Below are positions 51,101 through 61,208 of a stretch of DNA of 64,000 bases, one piece after another (positions within the stretch are counted from its first letter, which is position 1; each line of letters begins with the position of its first letter). The position numbers and the translations under genes are program-made. This stretch comes from Fidelibacterota bacterium (GTDB taxonomy: Bacteria; Fidelibacterota; Marinisomatia; Marinisomatales; JACNKV01). Below the pieces are notes generated by a model. The model was not told the DNA's origin. It did no database searches and saw only the letters and a list, made by a program, of their open reading frames with translations. Location of the stretch: NCBI GenBank assembly GCA_014381855.1, contig JACNKV010000084.1, positions 22,341-86,340 of the forward strand, in the 5' to 3' direction.

Positions 51101-52414
51101 TAATAAGACCGGATGGTCATTCACCACTCGCTCAAGAACTGTATAGACAATTGGATCTCGTTCTTCAACCATGAGTTTGGCACCGCGAGGAGTGTGAGCA
51201 TACCCACGTTCAATTAAGGTATTTATCATATGAGGTTTAAACAACTCTAATGCCATGTTTTTCGGCAATCCGCACTCATGTAGCTTCAAATCCGGCCCTA
51301 CAACGATTACAGAACGCCCTGAATAATCAACTCGTTTGCCCAATAAATTTTGACGAAATCGTCCTTGTTTTCCACGAAGCATATCTGATAAAGATTTTAA
51401 TGGACGGCGTGTTCCGCTTCGTATAGCGGTTTTCCGCCTTGCATTATCAAATACCGCATCCACAGATTCCTGCAGCATTCTTTTTTCATTCCGCAAGATG
51501 ACATCCGGTGCTTTAATGTCCATTAGATTTTTCAGACGATTATTCCGTATGATAATTCGCCGGTATAAATCATTTAAATCACTAGCAGCAAATCGTCCTC
51601 CCTCTAAGGGGACCAAAGGACGAAGTTCAGGAGGGATGACCGGTAAAATAGCGACCACCATCCATTCCGGTTTATTTATCTTCTTTTTCGTGCCGTCATT
51701 TATAAATTCCTTCAACACCTTTAAACGTTTCAGAGCATCCGTTTTTTTCTGTTTTGATCGAGTGGTATGAATTATATCTTCCAGTTTACGATATTCAGCA
51801 TGGAGGTTTAAACGAGACAATGCATCCCGCATTGCTTCGCCACCCATTGTTGCATAAAAATAATCCTCATCATCCCTTTCTTCATCCGAAACCGCAAAGT
51901 AACCAAAATTTTGCTCTAACTCGTTATATTCTTCTTCGTCTATCAGCTCTAACGATTCTCTGCCACTTTTTCCAGGCTCAATAATCATAAAAGTTTCGTA
52001 GTAGATAACGCGTTCTAAATCTCGTGTACTTAACCCCAATAAATAACTTAGTTTACTTGGAATGGATTTTAAATACCAGATATGAACAATCGGAACGGCT
52101 AAGGTAATATGCCCTATCCTCTCCCTACGAACTTTTTTCCGTGTGACTTCCACACCACATCGATCGCAAATAATGCCTCTATATCGAATGCCTTTGTATT
52201 TTCCGCAATGGCATTCATAATCTTTCACCGGACCAAATATCTTCTCACAGAATAGTCCGTCTTTTTCGGGTTTATAGGAACGATAATTTATCGTTTCCGG
52301 TTTTAGTATTTCTCCATAAGAACGGCTAAGAATCATCTCCGGAGAGCTTAAACCGATGGTTATGGATTTATAATTCCTATTGGTATCTATTTTTGTCTGC
52401 TGAATGAATGTCAA
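48170..52414 (-). CDS. rpoC: DNA-directed RNA polymerase subunit beta'
   Basis: 1414 aa with zinc motif CHCGKYKGIRYRGIICDRCGV and catalytic NADFDGDQMAVH. Confidence 0.98.
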   Translation of the reverse strand: MTFIQQTKIDTNRNYKSITIGLSSPEMILSRSYGEILKPETINYRSYKPEKDGLFCEKIFGPVKDYECHCGKYKGIRYRGIICDRCGVEVTRKKVRRERIGHITLAVPIVHIWYLKSIPSKLSYLLGLSTRDLERVIYYETFMIIEPGKSGRESLELIDEEEYNELEQNFGYFAVSDEERDDEDYFYATMGGEAMRDALSRLNLHAEYRKLEDIIHTTRSKQKKTDALKRLKVLKEFINDGTKKKINKPEWMVVAILPVIPPELRPLVPLEGGRFAASDLNDLYRRIIIRNNRLKNLMDIKAPDVILRNEKRMLQESVDAVFDNARRKTAIRSGTRRPLKSLSDMLRGKQGRFRQNLLGKRVDYSGRSVIVVGPDLKLHECGLPKNMALELFKPHMINTLIERGYAHTPRGAKLMVEERDPIVYTVLERVVNDHPVLLNRAPTLHRLGIQAFQPVLVDGKAIHLHPLVCAAFNADFDGDQMAVHVPLSVHAQMEARVLMLSSHNILHPANGKPIAIPSQDMVLGCYYLTRAEKGVKGEGKFFGSLNEVTLALENKTVDIHAIIHVRYHGKWQKNTTVGRVLLNDILPDEMDYIDEMISKRRLEKIVNQTYLVAGNFKTVKFLDDLKDLGFRIATESGSSISISDILIPKDKEQIITSATKEVDGINEKFTRHILTEGERYNKVIDIWTHATGKVAQSMMDNLQKDRAGFNPVFMMADSGARGSQDQIKQLAGMRGLMAKPKKSMTGGKGEIIESPILSNFKEGLSVMEYFISTHGARKGLADTALKTADAGYLTRRLVDVAQDVVIGEEDCGTINGIVISDLKEGEEIIEPLADRILGRSLVDDFVIDGKVKVKSGTLISSENASVIEESGVQSIRLRSVLTCESKHGVCAKCYGWNLATNHSVNIGSSVGIIAAQSIGEPGTQLTLRTFHIGGTATRIIEQSDMTTKHGGVVKFSDDYDSADTTDETGAEVTRCMSRHAKVFVLDDKKKEMVRAEYNVPYGSNVFISEGEKIKPGTILFQWDPYTDIILTRQTGVVGLRDFIEGETYQVESVEGGKKQMVIVESKNRNLSPQVEIADDNGKTLSGGTILPVRATLVVSDGQHVKRGQTLVKIQKDIGKTRDITGGLPRVAELFEARMPSNPAVVSEINGNVIFGSIKRGIRKIIVEPSDGKSRSYNIPYGKHVIVHEGDFVTSGTPLCEGAISPMDILNIQGPGAVREYLVNEIQEVYRLQGVSINDKHIEVIVRQMMRKILIASSGDSRFLESERVDRKDFFEENERISKMVVVSDSGDSDLDIDLLIEKSEFQEINRELKEEEKTPAKHRKTKPATFEPLIMGITQASLNTESFLSAASFQETTRVLTNAATACKTDYLRGLKENVTIGRLIPAGTGFPGLQDIRVSKDSDLIIEPEATQA

Positions 52415-52426
52415 GACAATTCTCCC

Positions 52427-55400
52427 TTAGTCTAATTCGATATCTAATCCAAGTCCCTGAAGTTCTTTTATAAGCACATTAAAGGATTCCGGTGCTCCGG
52501 TCATCATAATGTCCTCACCTCTTACGATGGCGTTGTACAATTTCGACCGCCCATCTACATCGTCTGATTTTACAGTCAGAATTTCTCTTAAAGTATGCGC
52601 TGCACCATACGCTTCTAATGCCCATACTTCCATCTCACCAAATCGCTGACCGCCAAATTGCGCTTTTCCGCCAAGCGGCTGTTGGGTTATTAATGAATAG
52701 GGTCCTGTTGCTCGTGCATGCATTTTATCATCTACCATGTGACCGAGCTTCATCATGTAGATATTTCCTACCGTGACGGGATGGTCAAAATATTCACCGG
52801 TTCGTCCATCAATGAGTTTTGTTTTACCTGATACAGGCAACCCGGCTTTTTTCAGTTCTTGGTCAACTTCTTCGGGGGTAGCGCCGTTAAACACAGGCGT
52901 TTCATATTTTAAGCCCATCGTTTCGCCTGCCCATCCCAGCATGGTTTCGTACAGCTGTCCAAGATTCATACGAGACGGTACACCCAGAGGATTTAAAACA
53001 ATGTCTACCGCTGTTCCATCTTCAAGAAATGGCATATCCTCTTCAGGGACGATTGTGGCAACCACGCCTTTATTTCCATGACGACCTGCCATTTTATCCC
53101 CAACTTGCACTTTTCTTTTTGTAGCAACAAAAACTTTAGCCAATTTAAGAATTCCGGGTTGCAATTCATCACCTACGCGGAGTTTAAACATTTCTCTTTC
53201 GAGATAATCTTCAATAGATTTCCACTCGCGTTTGAAATTCCGCCATACTGTTTTTACCTTTTTCCAAACCGACTTATTCTCAATCCATGACAAACTAAGA
53301 TCAAACCTCTCCATATCAAACGTTTTTAAACGTTTGATGGTCAGTTTTGTCCCTTTTTTTATGAGTGTTCGCCCAGAAGATTTATTTCGTATTCCAAATG
53401 ATACTTCACCCTGCAGTAATTCGATGAGTTTATTATCGCGGGCTGTTTTCAGTGTTTTTTTATCTTCGCGTGTTTTTTTCTGCAGAGCAATAATGATTGC
53501 TTTTTCTTCCGTGCGAGATCGCTTAACACGTTTTTCAAATAGCTTCGTATTAATAATGACACCATGGATACCCGGGTCTGCTTTTTTTGAAGCATCTTTA
53601 ACTTCCCCGGCCTTTTCACCAAAAATAGCGCGTAAAAGTTTCTCTTCCGGCGTGGGATCGGTTTCTCCCTTTGGTGTGACCTTACCAATCAAGATGTCGC
53701 CTTCGTTCACTCGAGCACCAATCCGAATAACACCATCTTTATTTAAATCTTTGGTCGCTTCTTCGCTAACATTTGGAATCTCCGGGGTAAGCTCTTCTTC
53801 TCCTCTTTTAGTATCGCGGACTTCAAGATCTACCTCGTGTATGTGAACCGAAGAGAATACATCTTCCCGTACTAATCGTTCATTCAGAACGATAGCATCC
53901 TCAAAGTTAAATCCACGCCAAGGCATGAAGGCAACTTTTAGATTCCTCCCAAGCGCTAACTCTCCATTATGTGTTGAAGCACCATCTGCAAGCACATCGC
54001 CCTTTTTCACCGTCATCCCTGCTCGAACTAATGGTTTTTGATTAAAACTCATATTTTGATTCGTGCGATGATATTTCTCCAAATCAATCTTGACAAGATT
54101 ATCCCCTTCGATCAAACTGAGGTTGTCAGGAATATCACGGCTTTTTACCACAATTTGTACCGCATCAGCATATACGACTGTTCCGGTGGTCGGTGAAACC
54201 ACACACGATCGTGAATCTTTTGCAACCACGGCTTCTAATCCTGTCCCGACAATTGGCTCTTCCGGGTTCATCAATGGAACAGCCTGACGCTGCATATTGG
54301 ATCCCATTAATGCCCGGTTTGCATCGTCGTGCTCTACAAATGGAATCAATGCAGCGGCAACACTCAATAACTGATTCGGAGAGACTTCCATGAACTGAAC
54401 ATCTTCCGGTTCCAACATTGGAAAGTCACCCTTAATTCTCACGCGAATCCGTTCATCTACCAATCGATCTTTTTCATCCAGCGTCGCATCCGATTGTGCA
54501 ATACTTACACGGTCTTCATCATCCGCTGATAGGAACTTTATACTTGCGGTGGCGTGAGACTTTTCATTTATTTTCCTTACTTTTCTGTAGGGAGCTTCGA
54601 TAAATCCATGGTGATTAATTTGCGCCATTAATGCCAAGGATGAAATCAGTCCGATATTCGGACCTTCAGGAGTCTCAATTGGACATAAGCGCCCATAATG
54701 TGTATAGTGAACGTCGCGCACCTCAAATCCGGCACGTTCTCTTGTTAATCCACCGGGGCCTAACGCCGAGATACGACGTTTATGCGTAACTTCAGCTAAT
54801 GGGTTTGTCTGATCTCCAAATTGAGATAATTGACTCGTCCCGAAAAATGTATTGATGACGGTGGTCACTACACGGGCATTAATTAAATCCTGAGGAGTAA
54901 TGGATTCCGCTTCACGAAGGTTCATCCGTTCGTGGATGGTTCGTATCATTCGGCTTAATGCAACTGAGAACTGATCTTTTAACTGTTCACCGACTGTCCG
55001 CACACGACGATTACCTAAATGATCAATATCATCTGTTCCCTTTTCACCTTTTCGCATTTCAATTAAGAAATGTATAACCTGGATGATATCATCCATGGTA
55101 AGCACAGTATCCTCGATAGGGACATCCAAATCAAACTGCTGATTTAGGCGATATCTACCTACTCTGCCCAAATCATATTTTTTCGGACTAAAAAACATCC
55201 GTTCAATAAATTTTTGAGCGGTTTCCAAGTTTGGCGGTTCTCCCGAGCGAATTAATTGATACACCGCACTGAGAGCTTCTTCGGTGTTCTTTGTCGGGTC
55301 TTTTTCAATTGTGTTCAACAAAAGCATCGAGTGGAAGTCTTTATTTCCGTCTACAACATCCAGAGAAGTAATCCCGGCTTTGACGAGCTCATCGATAATT

Positions 55401-56203
55401 TCCTGAGTAACGCTTGTCCCGCCTTCAAAAAATATTTCACCGGTGTTTACATCAATGACATCAGCCACAATGGTTGCCCCAATTGCATTTGAAGCATATT
55501 TACCTTTTAACTTTATTTCTTTAACTGTGTTGAATACTTTAAAAATATCTTCATTTGTCGAGAATCCAAGCGCACGAAGGAACATCGTTACAGGAAACTT
55601 TCTACGTCGATCAATGATGACAAACATACAGTCATTGATATCGGTTGTAAAATCAACCCACGACCCGCGAATCGGAATCAGCCTCGCTTGAAAAAGTTTC
55701 GTTCCATTTGGGTGAATGGAATCGTCAAAAAACACACCGGGGGAACGTTGCAGCTGAGAAACAACCACGCGTTCGGCTCCATTGATGATGAACGTCCCCT
55801 TTTTAGTCATGTAGGGGATATTACCAAAATACACATCCTGCTCAATGGATTGATCATACTCGTTACGGTTTTCTTCGTTGGTAATATTAAGAACCAACTT
55901 CACCTTGAGCGGAGCAGAATGCGTTACGCCGCGATCAATACATTCCTGCGGTGAATATTTTGGTGTGGCGAGATAATAACTCTTGTATTCCAAGACATAA
56001 TTCCGATGGGAATCTTCGATTGGAAATACATTTCGAAACACCTCTTCCAGCCCGATGGTCTGACGTTCTCCATCCAGCATATTTTCTTGCAAAAATATCT
56101 GATAGGATTCAGTCTGAATAGATAGCAAATCCGGCAGTTCGAGGATAGAGGGAATCTTCTGAAAAGATACTCTTTCAGCCGATGTGTATGTTGTGGCTCC
56201 CAA
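52427..56203 (-). CDS. rpoB: DNA-directed RNA polymerase subunit beta
   Basis: 1258 aa with GTSQLSQFGDQTNPLAEVTHKRRISALGPGGL (rif region) and GEMEVWALEAYGAA. TTG start 5 nt after a GGAGG. Confidence 0.98.
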   Translation of the reverse strand: MGATTYTSAERVSFQKIPSILELPDLLSIQTESYQIFLQENMLDGERQTIGLEEVFRNVFPIEDSHRNYVLEYKSYYLATPKYSPQECIDRGVTHSAPLKVKLVLNITNEENRNEYDQSIEQDVYFGNIPYMTKKGTFIINGAERVVVSQLQRSPGVFFDDSIHPNGTKLFQARLIPIRGSWVDFTTDINDCMFVIIDRRRKFPVTMFLRALGFSTNEDIFKVFNTVKEIKLKGKYASNAIGATIVADVIDVNTGEIFFEGGTSVTQEIIDELVKAGITSLDVVDGNKDFHSMLLLNTIEKDPTKNTEEALSAVYQLIRSGEPPNLETAQKFIERMFFSPKKYDLGRVGRYRLNQQFDLDVPIEDTVLTMDDIIQVIHFLIEMRKGEKGTDDIDHLGNRRVRTVGEQLKDQFSVALSRMIRTIHERMNLREAESITPQDLINARVVTTVINTFFGTSQLSQFGDQTNPLAEVTHKRRISALGPGGLTRERAGFEVRDVHYTHYGRLCPIETPEGPNIGLISSLALMAQINHHGFIEAPYRKVRKINEKSHATASIKFLSADDEDRVSIAQSDATLDEKDRLVDERIRVRIKGDFPMLEPEDVQFMEVSPNQLLSVAAALIPFVEHDDANRALMGSNMQRQAVPLMNPEEPIVGTGLEAVVAKDSRSCVVSPTTGTVVYADAVQIVVKSRDIPDNLSLIEGDNLVKIDLEKYHRTNQNMSFNQKPLVRAGMTVKKGDVLADGASTHNGELALGRNLKVAFMPWRGFNFEDAIVLNERLVREDVFSSVHIHEVDLEVRDTKRGEEELTPEIPNVSEEATKDLNKDGVIRIGARVNEGDILIGKVTPKGETDPTPEEKLLRAIFGEKAGEVKDASKKADPGIHGVIINTKLFEKRVKRSRTEEKAIIIALQKKTREDKKTLKTARDNKLIELLQGEVSFGIRNKSSGRTLIKKGTKLTIKRLKTFDMERFDLSLSWIENKSVWKKVKTVWRNFKREWKSIEDYLEREMFKLRVGDELQPGILKLAKVFVATKRKVQVGDKMAGRHGNKGVVATIVPEEDMPFLEDGTAVDIVLNPLGVPSRMNLGQLYETMLGWAGETMGLKYETPVFNGATPEEVDQELKKAGLPVSGKTKLIDGRTGEYFDHPVTVGNIYMMKLGHMVDDKMHARATGPYSLITQQPLGGKAQFGGQRFGEMEVWALEAYGAAHTLREILTVKSDDVDGRSKLYNAIVRGEDIMMTGAPESFNVLIKELQGLGLDIELD

Positions 56204-56267
56204 GAAAGCCTCCTTTTTTAGGTGTGAAAATGGAGATGAAGTGAAACAGAAACAGCGAGGATACTCG

Positions 56268-56639
56268 TTATTTCACTTCGATCGTTGCGCCAGCTTCTTC
56301 CAACTGAGCTTTGAGCTCATCGGCTTCAGCTTGTGAGACACCCTCTTTGATCGCTTTTGGTGCTGATTCCACTAACTCTTTTGCTTCTTTCAACCCTAAA
56401 CTCGTTATCGCACGAACGGCTTTAATCACGTTAATTTTAGTTTGCCCAAAACTAGTTAATACAACATCAAACTCCGTTTGTTCTTCCGCTGTCTCCTCTG
56501 CCGCAGCAACAGCAGCCACTGCTACCGGTGCAGCCGCACTGACACCAAACTTATTTTCGATTTCTGTAATGAGTTCAGAAACCTCTACCATGTTTGCTTC
56601 TTCGAGATAGGTTAATACATCTGCTCTACTTATAGCCAT
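56268..56639 (-). CDS. rplL: 50S ribosomal protein L7/L12
   Basis: 123 aa with an Ala-rich hinge [15 protein letters not shown] and C-terminal domain [24 protein letters not shown]. Confidence 0.96.
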   Translation of the reverse strand: MAISRADVLTYLEEANMVEVSELITEIENKFGVSAAAPVAVAAVAAAEETAEEQTEFDVVLTSFGQTKINVIKAVRAITSLGLKEAKELVESAPKAIKEGVSQAEADELKAQLEEAGATIEVK

Positions 56640-56670
56640 TATTGCACTCCTTTACTGTGTGAATTCAGAT

Positions 56671-57186
56671 TTATGACTTTTGATCTTTAAGACTTGTTAA
56701 TACTCCCACCATACCGGACATCGGTGAATTTAACGTATTCACTAACTTCGTCAGCGGGCTTTGTATCGTTGCTAACAATTTGGATAACAACTCCTCCCGC
56801 GATGGAAGATTAGCAATACGTATAAACGCATCACCATCCAGTACTTTTCCTTCAAATAAAATTCCTTTTACTTCAGGCTTATTATGGTCTTTTGTGAAGT
56901 TTTTCAATACTCTTGCCGGAGCCGTGGGTTCACCATAGGTAATCGCCATAGCTGTGGGACCCAGCAAAAATTTATCTAATCCTTTTATATTGTTATTTTC
57001 GGCAGCAAGTTTAATCAACGTGTTTTTCTCAACACGATACTCAACAGATTCATTAAATAATTGATGACGTAACTCAGTGATATCCACTACGTTCAGTCCA
57101 AGATAATCTGTAAAATAAATAGCGTTTGCTTTTTGAAACTTTTTGCCTATTTCTTCAACAATTTTTATATTATGAGCACTTGGCAT
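56671..57186 (-). CDS. rplJ: 50S ribosomal protein L10
   Basis: 171 aa, between rplA and rplL, with YFTDYLGLNVVDITELR. Confidence 0.93.
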   Translation of the reverse strand: MPSAHNIKIVEEIGKKFQKANAIYFTDYLGLNVVDITELRHQLFNESVEYRVEKNTLIKLAAENNNIKGLDKFLLGPTAMAITYGEPTAPARVLKNFTKDHNKPEVKGILFEGKVLDGDAFIRIANLPSREELLSKLLATIQSPLTKLVNTLNSPMSGMVGVLTSLKDQKS

Positions 57187-57191
57187 ATCGT

Positions 57192-57881
57192 TTACCTTAT
57201 GGTTGAATGATCAACTTTTACTCCAGGGCCCATTGTAGACGAAAGAGTAAGTTTTTTTAAATACTGTCCTTTTACTGCAGCGGGTCTTGCCTTCATAAGC
57301 GTATCATAAATTACTTGAATGTTTTCAACAATTGCTTTGGCATCAAAAGATACTTTTCCGCAAGGTACATGAATAATGGCAGTTTTATCTACCCGTAATT
57401 CAACTTTTCCTGCTTTCAATTCTTTCACAGCCTTTGCAACATCCATTGTAACGGTTCCACTTTTTGGATTCGGCATTAATCCTTTTGGACCAAGCATTTT
57501 CCCGAGTCTACCAAGTTCCGGCATCATGTCAGGTGTCGCTACAATTTTATCCACATCTGCCCAGCCGGATTTAATCTTATCCAGATACTCATTATTTCCA
57601 ACCATATCTGCCCCAGCCTCTTTAGCTTCTTTCTCTTTTGGTCCGCGAGTTAATACTAATATTTTAACGGTTTTTCCGGTGCCATTCGGCAATCCTGTCG
57701 TCACACGAATATTTTGATCCGCATGCCTGGGGTCTACACCCAAATTAACAGAGAGTTCGATGGTTTCATCAAATTTTGCGAACGCCATTTCTTTGACTAG
57801 GCTTACTGCATTTTCAAGCGTATAATACGTTGTTCTGTCAAATTTATCTGATGCATTTTTTCGATTTTTTGTAATTTTCAT
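57192..57881 (-). CDS. rplA: 50S ribosomal protein L1
   Basis: 229 aa with [23 protein letters not shown] and [15 protein letters not shown]. Confidence 0.96.
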   Translation of the reverse strand: MKITKNRKNASDKFDRTTYYTLENAVSLVKEMAFAKFDETIELSVNLGVDPRHADQNIRVTTGLPNGTGKTVKILVLTRGPKEKEAKEAGADMVGNNEYLDKIKSGWADVDKIVATPDMMPELGRLGKMLGPKGLMPNPKSGTVTMDVAKAVKELKAGKVELRVDKTAIIHVPCGKVSFDAKAIVENIQVIYDTLMKARPAAVKGQYLKKLTLSSTMGPGVKVDHSTIR

Positions 57882-57887
57882 ATATTC

Positions 57888-58313
57888 TTACTCCGCAACT
57901 ACAATCCCCATACTGACAGCAGTTCCGCGAATCATATTCACTGCACTTTCTATCGTATTGGCATTTAAATCATCCATTTTTATTCGAGCAATTTCTTCCA
58001 AATCCTTCACTGTTACTTTCCCGACTTTCTCTTTATTAGGCTCACCCGATCCCTTTTCTATCTTTGCTGCTTTAATTAACAACGTGGATGCAGGAGGAGT
58101 CTTGGTGATATATTTAAAACTGCGATCAGCGAAAACAGTGATTTCAACCGGAATAATCATACCGGGTTGATCTTGAGTAGCAGCATTAAAGGATTTGCAA
58201 AACTCCATGATGTTTACACCATGCTGGCCCAATGCAGGTCCCACCGGCGGGGCGGGATTTGCCTTCCCTGCAGGTATCTGTAACTTTATAAAACCAATTT
58301 CTTTTTTCGCCAT
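57888..58313 (-). CDS. rplK: 50S ribosomal protein L11
   Basis: [34 protein letters not shown]. Confidence 0.97.
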   Translation of the reverse strand: MAKKEIGFIKLQIPAGKANPAPPVGPALGQHGVNIMEFCKSFNAATQDQPGMIIPVEITVFADRSFKYITKTPPASTLLIKAAKIEKGSGEPNKEKVGKVTVKDLEEIARIKMDDLNANTIESAVNMIRGTAVSMGIVVAE

Positions 58314-58324
58314 AATTATTCAGC

Positions 58325-58852
58325 CTATTTTTCTAATTCTACTTGTAAAAAATCGAGTTCAATCGGAGTAGGTCTTCCGAAAATACTGACCGATACTTTC
58401 AATTTTTGTTTATCTTTATTTACTTCCTGAACAAAACCGGAAAAATCTGAAAAAGGTCCATCAACTACTTTAATCGCATCGCCCACTTTAAATGGGACAT
58501 CAACTACTTCACGACCATCCGCACTTTCAACCACACCAATTATTCGATTTATTTCCTCAGGCTTTAACGCTCCGGGTTTCCCTTGTGTACCAATAAAATT
58601 TATGACACCGTTCACATTTTCAACAACATATTGCGTCTCTTTATTCATGTCCATTTTAATAAGAATATATCCGGGGAAGAATACTTTTGTTTTAACTTTC
58701 TTTTTTCCATCCCGCATTTCGACGATGTTTTCAGTAGGAACAAGCACCTCGGGGACACTCTCCTGAAAGCCGTTGATTTCAACCTCTTTCAGGATGGTCT
58801 CCTTAATCTTTTCTTCCTTACCGGAAATTACTCTAAGTGAATACCATTCCAT
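58325..58852 (-). CDS. nusG: transcription termination/antitermination factor NusG
   Basis: 175 aa with WYSLRVISGKEEKIKE and C-terminal KOW domain GDAIKVVDGPFSDFSGFVQEV. Confidence 0.95.
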   Translation of the reverse strand: MEWYSLRVISGKEEKIKETILKEVEINGFQESVPEVLVPTENIVEMRDGKKKVKTKVFFPGYILIKMDMNKETQYVVENVNGVINFIGTQGKPGALKPEEINRIIGVVESADGREVVDVPFKVGDAIKVVDGPFSDFSGFVQEVNKDKQKLKVSVSIFGRPTPIELDFLQVELEK

Positions 58853-58855
58853 AAT

Positions 58856-59038
58856 TTACAGCAATACACTCATTAGACGATTTAAGATAAAGTCCACGAT
58901 AAAAAGAAACACAGCCAACATTAATGACAATGTAAGCACAACATAGGTTGACCCGCGCAGTTCATCCCACGTAGGCCATGACACCTTTTTCATTTCAAAT
59001 TGAACTTCCTGAAAAAACTGTTTTATCTTATTAATCAT
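58856..59038 (-). CDS. secE: preprotein translocase subunit SecE
   Basis: 60 aa with KIKQFFQEVQFEMKKVSWPT followed by a single TM helix. Canonical position before nusG. Confidence 0.9.
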   Translation of the reverse strand: MINKIKQFFQEVQFEMKKVSWPTWDELRGSTYVVLTLSLMLAVFLFIVDFILNRLMSVLL

Positions 59039-59078
59039 GTTCTGTTTTTCTCTTTTATTCTACGTTCTCTTTCAAGTG

Positions 59079-59151
59079 CAGGAGCGGCAGGAATCGAACC
59101 CGCAACCCCCGGTTTTGGAGACCGGTGCTCTGCCAGTTGAGCTACGCTCCT
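59079..59151 (-). tRNA. tRNA-Trp (CCA anticodon)
   Basis: Minus strand reads AGGAGCGTAGCTCAACTGGCAGAGCACCGGTCTCCAAAACCGGGGGTTGCGGGTTCGATTCCTGCCGCTCCTG. 7-bp acceptor stem, anticodon loop CTCCAAA, T-loop GGTTCGATTCC. The 3' CCA is not encoded. Confidence 0.93.
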
Positions 59152-59176
59152 AATATTACCTTTTTGATAAAGGGGT

Positions 59177-59341
59177 CTATTTTGTTTCTTTGAAAACGAC
59201 GTGTTTCCGCACGACCGGATCGTATTTTTTATACTCAACACGTTCCGGGTGTAGACGTTTGCTTTTCATAATCGTATAGCGGTAACCGGTTCCGGCAGTG
59301 CTTTCGATATGTATAATGGTGCGTTTACTATTTCCAGCCAC
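59177..59341 (-). CDS. rpmG: 50S ribosomal protein L33 (Cys-less C- form)
   Basis: Below the ORF-track cutoff. Manual translation from GTG 59341 gives [54 protein letters not shown], which closely parallels E. coli L33 (SSAGTGHFYTTTKNKR, FDPVVRQHVIYKEAK). Confidence 0.92.
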   Translation of the reverse strand: MAGNSKRTIIHIESTAGTGYRYTIMKSKRLHPERVEYKKYDPVVRKHVVFKETK

Positions 59342-60557
59342 GAAACACGTCCTTACTCAATGATTTCAGTCACAACACCGGCACCCACTGTGTGGCCACC
59401 TTCACGAATCGCAAACCGAAGTTCCTTATCCATCGCTATCTGTGTGATCAATTCAATTTCTAATTCCACGCTGTCCCCCGGCATCACCATCTCTGTCCCA
59501 GCAGGAAGTGTGGCAACACCCGTCACATCTGTCGTCCGAAAATAAAACTGAGGACGATATCCGTTGAAAAACGGCGTATGACGTCCGCCTTCATCCTTCT
59601 TCAACACATACACACTTGCTTTAAACTTTGTGTGTGGTGTAATACTGCCCGGCTTTGCTAATACCATCCCGCGATTTAATTCATTCTTATCTACTCCGCG
59701 AAGAAGTAATCCTGCATTGTCGCCTGCCTGACCCTCATCCAACAGCTTACGGAACATCTCTACTCCTGTACATACTGTCTTCTTTTGAAGACCCATACCT
59801 AAAATCTCAACCTCATCTCCTACCTTGATGATCCCACGCTCAATACGACCTGTACCAACCGTACCACGACCCGTAATACTGAATACATCCTCTACCGGCA
59901 TTAAGAAAGGTCTGTCTACATCACGCTCAGGCTCAGGAATGAAACTGTCACAAGCTTCTAATATCTCTACAATACACTTCGTCGCTTCTGCATCGGACGG
60001 ATTGTTTAATGCTTCTAACGCGCTTCCCATTATAATCGGAGTATCATCTCCGGGAAATTCATATTCATTTAACAAATCACGCAACTCCATCTCTACCAAC
60101 TCTAATAGCTCCGGATCATCTACTTGATCTGTCTTGTTCATAAACACAACAATCGAAGGAACATTCACCTGACGAGCTAATAATACATGCTCACGTGTCT
60201 GGGGCATGGGACCATCTGCTGCACTCACAACCAAAATCGCTCCGTCCATCTGGGCGGCGCCTGTGATCATGTTCTTAATATAGTCTGCGTGTCCCGGACA
60301 ATCTACATGGGCATAATGACGGTTCTCCGTCTCATACTCTACGTGAGCTGTCTGAATCGTAATCCCACGCTCACGCTCCTCCGGAGCATTGTCAATATCA
60401 TCAAATCCCATTACCTCTGATAATCCACGAGCTGATTGTACTAACGTGATCGCGGCAGTTAACGTCGTCTTTCCATGATCAACGTGACCAATCGTTCCGA
60501 TGTTTACATGCGGCTTTGTTCTCTCAAATTTTTGCTTTGCCATGAGAACCTCCTATT
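59337..60557. repeat. 1,221-bp repeat copy B (tuf plus both short flanks), apparently identical to 43910..45130
   Basis: See copy A. The left edge includes the 11-nt spacer and GTGGC, the start of the downstream gene. The right edge includes AGGAGG-type SD and 14 nt upstream of the ATG. Confidence 0.9.
59353..60543 (-). CDS. tuf: elongation factor Tu (tRNA-cluster copy)
   Basis: Protein identical over all 396 aa to the 43926..45116 copy. Preceded by four tRNAs and followed by rpmG. Confidence 0.98.
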   Translation of the reverse strand: MAKQKFERTKPHVNIGTIGHVDHGKTTLTAAITLVQSARGLSEVMGFDDIDNAPEERERGITIQTAHVEYETENRHYAHVDCPGHADYIKNMITGAAQMDGAILVVSAADGPMPQTREHVLLARQVNVPSIVVFMNKTDQVDDPELLELVEMELRDLLNEYEFPGDDTPIIMGSALEALNNPSDAEATKCIVEILEACDSFIPEPERDVDRPFLMPVEDVFSITGRGTVGTGRIERGIIKVGDEVEILGMGLQKKTVCTGVEMFRKLLDEGQAGDNAGLLLRGVDKNELNRGMVLAKPGSITPHTKFKASVYVLKKDEGGRHTPFFNGYRPQFYFRTTDVTGVATLPAGTEMVMPGDSVELEIELITQIAMDKELRFAIREGGHTVGAGVVTEIIE

Positions 60558-60591
60558 ATTAGTTATTACTTATTTTATTGTTCAAATCCGG

Positions 60592-60664
<73 letters not shown>

Positions 60665-60672
60665 AATGATTG

Positions 60673-60743
60673 AGCGGGTGATGAGGATCGAACTCACATA
60701 ACCAGCTTGGAAGGCTGGTGTTCTACCATTGAACTACACCCAC
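60673..60743 (-). tRNA. tRNA-Gly (TCC anticodon)
   Basis: GTGGGTGTAGTTCAATGGTAGAACACCAGCCTTCCAAGCTGGTTATGTGAGTTCGATCCTCATCACCCGCT. The acceptor stem has one U-G pair. 71 nt. Confidence 0.9.
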
Positions 60744-60747
60744 GCTG

Positions 60748-60830
60748 TGGGGAGAGAAGGATTCGAACCTCCGTAGGCGTACGCCGGCAGATTTACAGTC
60801 TGCTGCCATTGACCGCTCGGCCATCTCCCC
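60748..60830 (-). tRNA. tRNA-Tyr (GTA anticodon)
   Basis: GGGGAGATGGCCGAGCGGTCAATGGCAGCAGACTGTAAATCTGCCGGCGTACGCCTACGGAGGTTCGAATCCTTCTCTCCCCA. Long variable arm, 83 nt. Confidence 0.93.
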
Positions 60831-60915
60831 TAAAATTGCTCACACTCACTTTGTAAAAAATCGATTCACTGTCCGAAGATTTCCACCTCGAATACCCGTT
60901 ATTCCGACATGCTAG

Positions 60916-60988
60916 AGCCGGCGAAGGGACTCGAACCCCCGACCTGCTGATTACAAATCAGCTGCTCTACCAACTGAGCTACACCGGC
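60916..60988 (-). tRNA. tRNA-Thr (TGT anticodon)
   Basis: GCCGGTGTAGCTCAGTTGGTAGAGCAGCTGATTTGTAATCAGCAGGTCGGGGGTTCGAGTCCCTTCGCCGGCT. 73 nt. Confidence 0.93.
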
Positions 60989-61081
60989 ATGTCGGAACGT
61001 TGCCTTTTGAACTTAGGTGGCATGTTTTTTGCCACTCAAAGCGGCATCTCCTTTTTCAATTCCGTGAATAATGCACGGTAA

Positions 61082-61119
61082 AGCCTATAAATTTAGAAAT
61101 AATACACAAATACATTCAA
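61082..61119 (-). promoter_or_regulatory. sigma70-like promoter of the tRNA-tuf cluster
   Basis: Minus strand reads TTGAAT (61119-61114), an 18-nt spacer, TAAATT (61095-61090), then TATAGGCT. A/T-rich upstream tract. About 95 nt upstream of the first tRNA. About 30 of 38 positions match the rpsL element. Confidence 0.55.
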
Positions 61120-61208
61120 ATACTTTTTATAAATATATTAAAAAATATTTTACACGGTGTTTCAATCAAGAAAAATAAACTAAAAATCCAAAGCCTTATC
61201 TCAGAAGA

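Noticed and set aside
56241-56267. A possible rplL-rpoB attenuator: CGAG-UAUC-CUCG hairpin followed by CUGUUUCUGUUU on the minus strand.
   Set aside because: The stem is only 4 bp with an interrupted U-tract, too weak to call from sequence alone. It is noted because E. coli has an attenuator at the same junction.
59035-59241. A 68-aa minus-strand ORF spanning the secE-rpmG spacer.
   Set aside because: It runs straight through tRNA-Trp (59079-59151) and overlaps rpmG out of frame, so it is spurious. Other small overlapping ORFs (39288..39482, 47654..47842, 16532..16717, 3440..3646, 5930..6121) are rejected for the same reason.
59337-60557. The second tuf copy as an assembly artefact or a mobile duplication.
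   Set aside because: Each copy sits in a distinct, canonical and widely conserved context (fusA-tuf-rpsJ, and tRNA cluster-tuf-rpmG-tRNA-Trp-secE). There are no transposase genes or terminal repeats. Gene conversion between two ancient loci is the simpler reading.
60831-60915. The 85-nt spacer between tRNA-Tyr and tRNA-Thr(UGU) as a hidden small RNA or terminator (GAAAUC...GAUUUUUU).
   Set aside because: Only weak AU-rich pairings are possible, and it is most simply a processed inter-tRNA spacer.
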